DNA of 63,643 nt, counting the filler, from Vannella sp. (lineage: Eukaryota), in NCBI GenBank assembly GCA_023345925.1. It is 6 parts of 6 records of this genome, joined end to end, with 100 filler letters (N's around TTAATTAATTAA, not from the genome) between each part and the next. Parts side by side here need not be neighbours in the genome. Positions count along the whole stretch, not along the records: positions 53,376 to 58,844 come from JAJQQN010000407.1; positions 58,945 to 63,643 come from JAJQQN010001099.1; 4 more parts are not named here. The stretch is one strand, 5' to 3'. Shown in pieces: positions 55,689-63,643 of this stretch. The translations under genes were made by a program, and so were the position numbers. The notes under the pieces were generated by a model that was given only the letters and a program-made list of their open reading frames with translations, searched no databases and was not told where the DNA came from. The number at the start of each line of letters is the position of its first letter. Position 1 is the first letter of the stretch.

Positions 55689-56398
55689 CTACTTCCTTTG
55701 CAAGAGAATACCGCGAGTGAGCATCCAGTTGGCACAAACTAGAAGTAGATGGAACACATCAACGCGTTTGAGCTGTCCAAAGTAGACTCCTTTAGTCCCC
55801 ACCAGCAGAGAGCTGACAAGATACAATCCAACTCCCCCAATGAAGAGGGGGCCTTCCTCTCTGTCTCCCCACTCCATCCACGAGCGATAAGCAAGCAGAC
55901 ATAAACACATCCCGACAACTGCAGTGCTCGTCAGATCACTGCACAAAGACCTGTTGGCTCATCTTACTCCCAGCGTTGAACAACTCGAGCTGCTCATCAG
56001 CCCAAAGCCAGCAAGGGATGACAATGCAAAGGATGATGGCACAGCAATACATCAAGCGGGTCTCTCTGTCCACTACCCGCTGCAGGTGAGCGAATTGGAC
56101 ATCGCCGCGTCCACTGCTGAAACGTACCAGGATCAGCATCCCCCCATGACCATATGGCCAAGCAAAGGATGGAAACTGCAGAAGTAGCCATCTGAGAGAG
56201 AAAGTGATGGAAAGGAGCCACTCTAGGGAACACCCCAAAGCGAACCACTCCTGCCAAGGCTGCCAAAGCCACCATTCCCAAGCTCAGCGCCTCAGGAGTA
56301 CCTCCTGGAGTCTGTAATACCAACCAACACCCCAAGAACGAGGTTCCTGATAGCACGGCATCGCTGAGAGCGACAGAAAGCTGCCTTGCCTCTCCCAT
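55689..56398 (-). CDS. Multi-pass membrane protein, possibly TMEM276/DUF6962-like; with intron(s)
   Basis: SVALSDAVL..ALAALAGVVRFG..HHFLSQ..VDVFHLLL pattern and several hydrophobic helices. The family call is from memory. Confidence 0.5.
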
Positions 56399-56434
56399 CT
56401 CGAGTAATAATGAGTTCCTTCATTCTCTCCCTCG

Positions 56435-56761
56435 TTAGAGGTGTTTAGGCGGAGGTGGATCGTTTGATAACCCTTTGCGTTGCATGTATTGAGCAACAAA
56501 CCAGCACTGAGGGTCAACAGAAAGGTCTTGCTCGTGGGCCCACTCCACCGCGGTCTTTGCCAACGAACTGGCGATACCACGCCCCTCCAGAGACGGGGGA
56601 ACACCTGTGTGTGTGATCACCATCGTCTCATCTCGGACAAAGTACTCCAGAACTGATCTCTGACCTTCCACCAAACACTCAAACCGCCGTCCCACATGCC
56701 GCACCACATGTTGAGCCATTGGATGATGTGTCTCCAGACTGGCAGGCTCTTGGCCCATCAT
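56435..56761 (-). CDS. Small GNAT-fold acetyltransferase, YjdJ/NATD1-like
   Basis: RRFE..V.G..SVLEY..ITHTGVPPSLEGRGIASSL...AVEWA......VDPQCWFVAQY. Confidence 0.88.
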   Translation of the reverse strand: MMGQEPASLETHHPMAQHVVRHVGRRFECLVEGQRSVLEYFVRDETMVITHTGVPPSLEGRGIASSLAKTAVEWAHEQDLSVDPQCWFVAQYMQRKGLSNDPPPPKHL

Positions 56762-56858
56762 ACATCACTGCGTCAAGATAGGGTTTAGGGTTTAACTTGC
56801 AAAGTGGTCGAAAAGCAATGGAACATTAATTTTAGTGTTAATTTGATTATTTGCTGTT

Positions 56859-57683
56859 ATGAGGGTGGGAGGGGAGTCTGTTGTAGCGGTGGTAGCCATG
56901 GTGGCTTCACTGGCTTTGTTGTGGGATGGTCAGAGGCACGATATTGAGTGGTTGGCCTTGTGGCTGTCGCGCGTACTGTTCGCTTTGGCGGTGATCTTTG
57001 AGCATCGTCCGCTCTTCCATCGAGAAACTTTGAGCTTTGTAAGCACGAAAGGTGCCCTCACTGTGGTAGGTGTGGGCTTCTTATGCTTATGTATGATGTG
57101 GAAGGTGCCTATACTGTTCATGGACCTTGTAGCCCTCCCAATCCTCCTCGGAGGAGCCCATATCTACCATTCTCTCTTCCGTACAGAGCGTGAGCTTCAC
57201 TTGCATAGTGTAGACTCGTGGCTTAGTACTTCTACTATGCTAGCACTGTTTGACTGCTTCAACTTCCTCAAGATTGGCTCCCTTCTCGGCTTGGCAGCCT
57301 ATCACTTGCTCACCTCCAGCACACCGTCTGTGGCAGACGCCATTGGAGCATGCTGGACCGCCAGTTCTCTCTCTGTCTTCCCACACTCGCCAATGGGGAA
57401 CCACCAGTGGATGCTGAAGGTTCTCTGCAGTTTGGCAGCGATTGTGTGGCAACGCACCCCCTCCCTTCTGCTGCCCCTATCCGCGAGCTGGTTCTATTTA
57501 CTAAGGAGCCAATGGGCCTTTGTCATGTCCGCTGCAGGCACTTCATTTTGGAGTGAATTCGCTTTGCCAGCTCTCTATCCTGTTGGCGTCCTCCTGGCCA
57601 TCAACAGGCCCAAACTTGGTCAGATGAAGCCATCCCTGGATATCAGAGCTTTGGACCTTCCCCAGAATATCCCTCGGGCTTGA
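56859..57683 (+). CDS. Hypothetical multi-pass membrane protein
   Basis: 274-aa hydrophobic ORF from an ATG. No family recognised. Confidence 0.5.
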   Translation: MRVGGESVVAVVAMVASLALLWDGQRHDIEWLALWLSRVLFALAVIFEHRPLFHRETLSFVSTKGALTVVGVGFLCLCMMWKVPILFMDLVALPILLGGAHIYHSLFRTERELHLHSVDSWLSTSTMLALFDCFNFLKIGSLLGLAAYHLLTSSTPSVADAIGACWTASSLSVFPHSPMGNHQWMLKVLCSLAAIVWQRTPSLLLPLSASWFYLLRSQWAFVMSAAGTSFWSEFALPALYPVGVLLAINRPKLGQMKPSLDIRALDLPQNIPRA

Positions 57684-57974
57684 ATCGGTCCCCTCATCAC
57701 CCATCGAATCGGATCTAGTTACTGAGCTTCTTGCAGAGAATCCACATTCGCCTCTATTCGAGCATCGACTTGGCTCATTCAGAGACACTTGAGTGTGAAG
57801 CTTCATTGTGTAACAAGGAAGGGAGATCTATTTCGGCCCTGTTTGGATCTTCATGTCAGTCCCTTCATGTGGCTCCTTCCCTCGATGCACTCGAATGAGG
57901 GGCCAAAGGGGAATAAATAGGTTTAATAAATGACCGTTAAATAGAGGATGGGAGGGATCCGGAGAGCCATCTGC

Positions 57975-58790
57975 TCAGAGAGTGTGGTGGAAGGTGGTGA
58001 AAGGACAATCTTTCTTCGTGGAGGGTTTGGGAGGCTTCTGGGAACGGCATTGAGGGCAACGGGGTTGGTGTGCTCGTCCCTTGGTGATACATCCATGCTC
58101 GTTGCATTTGGTAAAGTGAGAGCAGGGACGGTCTCCTTGGTACATGTCTTGTTCGCAGTACTCTGGCGCCAGAACCATCGTTGTGACCATCTTGCGTAGC
58201 CTGATCTCACCATTCTTATACTGAGGCGTGTTGCGTCGGTTGCACTCGGAGCTGCAAGTCTCCTTGGACAGTTTTGTCTGGCAACGTGGGCAACTTGTGG
58301 TGCTGAGGCCGTGGGATAGGCGCTGGGAGATGACTTGGCACTGATTACCACACACTGGGAATCCCCCGATCATCTCTGTGCAGCAGCCAGGACAGCGGAG
58401 AATCTGACGGACCATTCGGGCTCGGCACTCATTACAGTTTGTGTAATGTCCGCAGGTGGCCTTGATTGCTCCATTGCCTGAGCACTCGATCGCTGAGAGG
58501 GATTGGCAGACAACACAATGGAAAGGGACAACACCGGCCGAGACAAAGTAACGAACATGTTGGACTGCAAAGTTCTGTTTCTGGGAGTTTTCTCCTTCTT
58601 CTGATGACACACTGTGAGGAGAGCTTGAAGACGAGGTACTGTCCATTTGTACGATGGTATCAAGTGAAGTTGAACAAGAGAGGTCGAACAAGTCTTCTAG
58701 TGGAGAGGGAGGAGGAAGATCGAGCAGTTCAGCTACCAAGGAGTCAGCCTGCTGCATCAGGAAGGAGTGGTTGTAGGGCGTGTAGAACAT
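57975..58790 (-). CDS. RING-finger / Cys-rich protein
   Basis: CVVC..ATCGH..CNEC..CPGC (RING-like), followed by further CxxC clusters. Confidence 0.6.
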   Translation of the reverse strand: MFYTPYNHSFLMQQADSLVAELLDLPPPSPLEDLFDLSCSTSLDTIVQMDSTSSSSSPHSVSSEEGENSQKQNFAVQHVRYFVSAGVVPFHCVVCQSLSAIECSGNGAIKATCGHYTNCNECRARMVRQILRCPGCCTEMIGGFPVCGNQCQVISQRLSHGLSTTSCPRCQTKLSKETCSSECNRRNTPQYKNGEIRLRKMVTTMVLAPEYCEQDMYQGDRPCSHFTKCNEHGCITKGRAHQPRCPQCRSQKPPKPSTKKDCPFTTFHHTL

Positions 58791-58844
58791 AGGGCGTGTT
58801 TTGAATGATCAACCGGATTCCATTCGCCCTTTTTACCCATTGAA

Positions 58845-58944
58845 NNNNNNNNNNNNNNNNNNNNNNNNNNNNNNNNNNNNNNNNNNNNTTAATTAATTAA
58901 NNNNNNNNNNNNNNNNNNNNNNNNNNNNNNNNNNNNNNNNNNNN
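58845..58944. other. Assembly gap with TTAATTAATTAA linker
   Basis: Same 100-nt N/linker structure. Confidence 0.98.
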
Positions 58945-58952
58945 CCAGTTCG

Positions 58953-59051
58953 GACGACCATATTCTGTGCCAGACGACCATATTCTGTGCCAGACGACCA
59001 TATTCTGTGCCAGACGACCATATTCTGTGCCCGACGACCATATTCTGTGCC
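58953..59051. repeat. 20-bp minisatellite (GACGACCATATTCTGTGCCA) x5
   Basis: Five head-to-tail, near-identical copies directly after the gap. Confidence 0.95.
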
Positions 59052-59591
59052 TCTCTGGCTGATGGGAGAAGGCCTCATCGAAGAGGCTTTTCAATGAACG
59101 GGAAGGACTTATTTGGATGAGGGCCGCTCTTGGTGGGAAAGGAAGCTTGCACTCGACTCACTTGGAGGGAAGTCCAGAGGATGCTCTGAGTGAGCAAGGT
59201 GATGCCCTTCCAGGTGGCTCAGATGAGAGAATTCCGCTGAACCAATTCAGCAGTACCTGAAATGGGTGAGCTTTCTGCTCCCATTCTCAGAAAGAAACAA
59301 GTGCAACGACATTGGCGATGGAATGATCCTTTGACCAACGTACGCCTTGATGCGAACACGAACTTCCTTTGCAGACATCACTGATGGCGAGGAGCGTTTC
59401 CTCCTTCAGGATGCTCCGTCACATAGCCACAAGGAAGCAAACGCCACAGCACGAGCCTGCGGGGAGTCCCCATGTCTTTAGGCTCCTTTTGGTGATCCGC
59501 TTTGCTTTTGATTGGTTTCAGCTGGGGTGCTGCTGCTTGCACCCCTCTCTTTGTGAGTAATGGGCTGCTATTTGTCGTTTCATTGTTGCAG

Positions 59592-59948
59592 AAGACGATG
59601 TCGAGAGGGGAAGAAGAAGAAGAAGAAGAAGAAGGGGGAAGATGCCTGAAAAGTGTTTTGGAATCTTCTGAAAGTCAATCAAGCGAGATGGAGGAGTCCT
59701 TACCCTATGGTGAGGTTGATTCCTCAACATTAAAGGGCCAGATTGATGAGCTTCACTCCATGATCCAGGAACAGAAGAGAGAAGAGGAGAAGGCCAGAGG
59801 CGAATCCGCTAACCTCCGAGAGGTCAACAGGGTCCTCCAAAGAGACATCGAACTCCTTCAAGGCATCATAACCGACCAGCAAAAGCAAACGTTCATGTCA
59901 CTACGCCAAAAGAGCTCTCCCCCTCCCCATCCTCCAGAGCCAGAATGA
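59592..59948 (+). CDS. Hypothetical acidic/coiled-coil protein, probably the last exon of a gene starting upstream
   Basis: Poly-Glu tract and heptad-rich LKGQIDELHSMIQEQK..LREVNRVLQRDIELLQ. Confidence 0.35.
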   Translation, partial: KTMSRGEEEEEEEEGGRCLKSVLESSESQSSEMEESLPYGEVDSSTLKGQIDELHSMIQEQKREEEKARGESANLREVNRVLQRDIELLQGIITDQQKQTFMSLRQKSSPPPHPPEPE

Positions 59949-60068
59949 TTTCTCTCAAGAGGCTAATTGAAGTTTGAAGCTTTATATATCTATTCAGTGT
60001 TATAGCGATGTAACAAGTCAGCAGGAGTATCTGTAGGATCAAGAGTCAAATATGCGGCGCGTTATGCG

Positions 60069-61229
60069 TTATGCGTTTCCGGGAAGTGCTTGGGCGTAGA
60101 AGTGGTACAGAAAGTATTCAATATCCGGATTTGGGTCGCTGATATTAACTAAGAGACATCTTTTGGGGCTCTTGTGGATGGAAAAGGCGGCTCGGCGCTT
60201 CTCCCATTCCACTTTGCATTTGTTGTGATGTTTCTTCGTGTTCATTCTCCAGCCATTGCTGTTGCCCGTCTTTGGCGGTGCCAACATTTTCTTTTCTCCT
60301 GTTCTCTTCTTAAGGAGATAGATCCGTCCCAGTCCCCGATCAAAGTAGGAGGGAGGGTGGACTCCCACCAACAGGCAAAGATGCATGATGGAACCGGGGG
60401 TTTGAATACTTTGGCCTACAGCTAGATAGAAGTCGTTACGAGTAGCGTACTCTCCGACCACTTCCTGGTCGCGCTTAAGCGTACCGAAGGTGCTGAGGTA
60501 GAAGAGATTCCCCGGCACTGGCGGAGGAGCAGCTGGCGCAGCTGTAACAGCTACATCAAGTCTTTGTATCTTAAGGGGCGGGCTTAAATCTCCTGAGCTC
60601 CGAAGAAGGGACAGAGGAGGCTCCACTCCATCCTCCGAGTGGTCTCCTGGTCCCCCCTGTCGCATCTCCTGCTGGATCTCCTCTTCTGGTATAAGAAACC
60701 GTGTCATGGTCTCTTGCATGGCAACGACCTCTACGGAGGAGGAGGAGGGGGTTGACTGGAAGGATATTTCGCCTATAAACCGTTGGGATCGGTACGTGTA
60801 GAACTGTTCAGGCGTCAGGAGGCTCAACAGAGTCTCTTTTTCACAACTCATGGTATCCATATCTTGTCTGAGTGAGCTAGACACCTGCCTCTCTTGCTGT
60901 AATCGGTCTTTGATCAGTTTCAGTTCCTCTCGCAAGCGATTGCGCTCTGTTGTGAGCGCGAACACCTCTCCAAAGGGATCCTCCATAGAGAATAGATCAC
61001 CTGCAAGACATTCGTCCAGAAAAGGATCCTCAGTACAGTCCAACCTCGTCGGAATCTCCTCCTTATCACCTCCAAAGCTCCGCGAACCAGACAGGCCTTC
61101 TCTCCATCCTCCATTCTCTTCCTCTCCACTCTCACTCTCCCAAAGGGGTGCAGAAGGTGCAGAAGGTGCAGGCAGGGTGCAAAAGGGAGCGGACAAGCGG
61201 GGTGCACGTCCGAAGGCGCCTTCCATTCC
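60069..61229 (-). CDS. Hypothetical protein with a coiled coil and a basic C-terminal domain
   Basis: Long ORF (397 aa from TTG; first ATG near 61229) with a coiled coil LTTERNRLREELKLIKDRLQQE. Confidence 0.5.
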   Translation of the reverse strand, partial: GMEGAFGRAPRLSAPFCTLPAPSAPSAPLWESESGEEENGGWREGLSGSRSFGGDKEEIPTRLDCTEDPFLDECLAGDLFSMEDPFGEVFALTTERNRLREELKLIKDRLQQERQVSSSLRQDMDTMSCEKETLLSLLTPEQFYTYRSQRFIGEISFQSTPSSSSVEVVAMQETMTRFLIPEEEIQQEMRQGGPGDHSEDGVEPPLSLLRSSGDLSPPLKIQRLDVAVTAAPAAPPPVPGNLFYLSTFGTLKRDQEVVGEYATRNDFYLAVGQSIQTPGSIMHLCLLVGVHPPSYFDRGLGRIYLLKKRTGEKKMLAPPKTGNSNGWRMNTKKHHNKCKVEWEKRRAAFSIHKSPKRCLLVNISDPNPDIEYFLYHFYAQALPGNA

Positions 61230-61851
61230 AAACCCTCTCAAAATGGCTCCATTGCGACACAATCAAGCTCTGGTGTGTCTGTTACCCTCGTGTAAGCGAA
61301 TCTGTTCAAATGGGAGACTCTGGAATGATAAGAAGACTCTCCTTGGTCGGTTACGGTAAAGGAGGCTGTTGCGGGTGTAATGGGGCAAAGGAGGATGATA
61401 AGGATAGTAAGGAGATTGTCTAGGGACGACCCTTCGGCCTTCAAGTCCGTTGGGGACTGAAAACGGGAGTTTGGGGGAAGTCAAAGCTGATGCGCTCGAA
61501 TGAGCCGCTCGAAAGGCTCGCCATCACTCCACATTAGTAGGAAACAGCACAGACTGATTACTTTCACCCAAGACAAGGCCAGAATCGACCCAAACGACGG
61601 GATGCAAGAACATGCTTTCATCAAAGTGCCACGAATCGGTTCCCTGACCATCCCTACATCACTAGTAGTACGTAGGCAACCATTCTACTGCCCTCTTTGC
61701 ATCTCCCAAGCTAGGAAGTGGCACAAACTTGGGAGGTGGAGAAAAGTGTCCGCCAATGCTTCCTGAGAGGCTCTTTTGAATCCCATTGGACGGCAAACGG
61801 AGTTAAAATACAAAAGAAAGCAAATAGAATGAATTTGGGGTCATTTGAAGG

Positions 61852-63462
61852 ATGTTGGCTGTGGCAGGGAGGGCGACCTCGAGGAGAACTGGATTGGCGG
61901 TCCGCTCGTACGCTAAGATGAACCAATACAGGTTCTTGAAGGAAGAGGTGGTGGAGGACGAAGGAGCGATGGCTCCGAAGAAGGAGAAGAAGCAAAGGCG
62001 CTTGAGTGTGACTCCTGCTGGTGCGCGATGACGCCCCTCTTGGTATCTGGAGGCGCTTACTGATCGTTGGGGATATAGGAGAGGCTCAGCACGTTGCGAA
62101 CCCTGTTCCTCCGCGGCTACGAGGTCTTCCGATCTCGGAGGAACACAATGTGCCCTTGGAACATCAGCGGAGCCTCTCTATAGCACTGATCGGGCCTCCC
62201 AATGTTGGGAAGTCGACGTTGCTGAACAAGTTCCTTCAGGACAAAGTAGCAGCGACCTCTTCCAAGGCGCAGACGACTAGAATGCCAGTTATCGGCTTCA
62301 CAACCATCCAAGGCACTCAATTGGTCTTCCTGGACACTCCTGGTATCGTTGATAACAGCATACAGAAGAAGATCAGCCGTTCACTAGTCGTGGGAAGCTG
62401 GAGTGCTCTTAACGAGGCTGATCTTGGTAAGAACGCGCTCGTGCAATGTCCAACTGGCTCTCTTACCCTGTTGCAGTCATTATCATGGGAGATGCAAGCA
62501 AAACCTTTGACCGAGTACACTATAGTAACTTCTATCATGTGCTAGACACGCTTCAACGAGAGTTAGAAGCCCGAAAACGGGATATTGAGGTTTCTGTGCT
62601 TCTCAACAAGGTTGGTCCCCGCGCTGGTACCTTCAGAACGTAGTTTAAGATCATCGAAGGTAGACTTGGTAACGCCTCCAAGCAGCAGAGACTCCAAACT
62701 CCAGATCGTTTCCTCTGATCTTATCAAAGCTTATCCTTTCATCAAACGAGTGATTCCCGCCTCCATTCGCACAGAATTGAACACTGACATCCTCGGAGTA
62801 CGTTTTCATGAGTCTGACTCTCTCTGACATGCTTCAGGAGTATCTAATGGGCCGTGCTCTCCACCGGGTGTGGGAGCATCCCCCCAATGCAGTATGTTGT
62901 TCTGCGGTTTGGGCTTGGAATGGGTGGTAACTGGGTGGTAGACATGCTATATGTCTGATTATCAGAGAGTTATGGAGGTTATCCGTGAGAAGCTCTACCG
63001 AAGGCTCAACCAAGAAGTACGAACGAAACTATTCTCCTCCAGGTACTGACCTTCTCCCAGCTCCCGTACGAAGTGGAGCAGAAGAACGTCGACTGGTTCT
63101 TAATGAGTGATGGCACTCTCCGTGTGGAGAATAACGTCTACGTCTCATCAGAGAGCCATAAGGTCCGCCGTCTTTCCTGTCCAAGTGACTTTTGAGCGTT
63201 CTTTGGACTAACATCAGTCTAGAAAATCTTGATTGGAGCAGGAGGGCGAACGCTTAAGTACATAACTAACGAGGCAGAAGAGACTTTGCGGGAAATGTTT
63301 GGCCATCCGTTCAAGTTGGTGCTTTGTGCCCACATCAGAACTCCCCGACATCACGAGTTGGGAGATGATGGTGGACTTGAGAGCCTCCTTGGATATCGAC
63401 TCACTCCAGAGAGGACTATGGCGGATCTCACCCTCCGCCCTTTGCAACGCCCCAAAGAATAA
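61852..63462 (+). CDS. ERAL1: Era-family GTPase (mitochondrial ERAL1-like) with a type-2 KH domain; multi-exon
   Basis: Transit-like MLAVAGRATSRR.., G1 IALIGPPNVGKSTLLN, G2 KAQTTR, G3 FLDTPG, G4 LNK|VD, and KH EVIREKL..LNQE|LPY..ILIGAGG. Confidence 0.9.
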
Positions 63463-63643
63463 GAATGAGATAAGAGCAATCTTGCAAGTCAGAAGATGAT
63501 AAACGCAGCTCTGGCTTGTCTAGAACCGTGGCCCACATTCGATCTTTTGGTTTACAGCTTATTCTCCTGATTAAGTGAGAAACAATCCATTTGGTTCATA
63601 TTAGTGGAAAAGAGCGCTCTTCATTGAAGAATGGAGATTACAA

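Noticed and set aside
56779..56795. TAGGGTTTAGGGTTTA telomere-like or telo-box sequence (also AAACCCTA at 5638)
   Set aside because: Only about two units. It may be a promoter telo-box but is too short to support a call.
58953..59051. Possible CRISPR array
   Set aside because: Head-to-tail repeats with no unique spacers, no cas genes, and a eukaryotic context.

Overview
Very gene-dense eukaryotic (protist) nuclear DNA of about 50% GC. Introns are short GT-AG type (about 43-80 nt, often with CTRAC-like branch points) and intergenic spacers are tiny. A Dictyostelium-type STAT suggests an amoebozoan (inference). Five identical 100-nt N/TTAATTAATTAA spacers are assembly linkers. Recognisable genes: RPB1, a PPR protein, phospholipase C, Nup155, ATG8, STAT, LSm3, a cytochrome b5-domain protein, a YtcJ-like amidohydrolase, two metallophosphoesterases (MPPE1/Cdc1-like and TMEM62-like), a CDF metal transporter, a COG0523/CobW GTPase, TSPO, a YjdJ/NATD1-like GNAT, a RING protein and mitochondrial Era. 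The most unusual items are: (1) an LRR gene, missed by the ORF track, made of 12 symmetric 72-nt exons that each encode one 24-aa LRR with a variable concave face, plus one truncated cassette; (2) a vWA protein that starts with a near-perfect histone H3 N-terminal tail mimic; (3) an 11-kb gene for a PH + 18x ~100-aa repeat + 8x second repeat + DnaJ-type zinc-finger protein, with introns at the same position in 7 repeat units; (4) a WGR-like/zinc finger/DUSP-UBL fusion with no catalytic domain. All calls are by eye, with no database searches.
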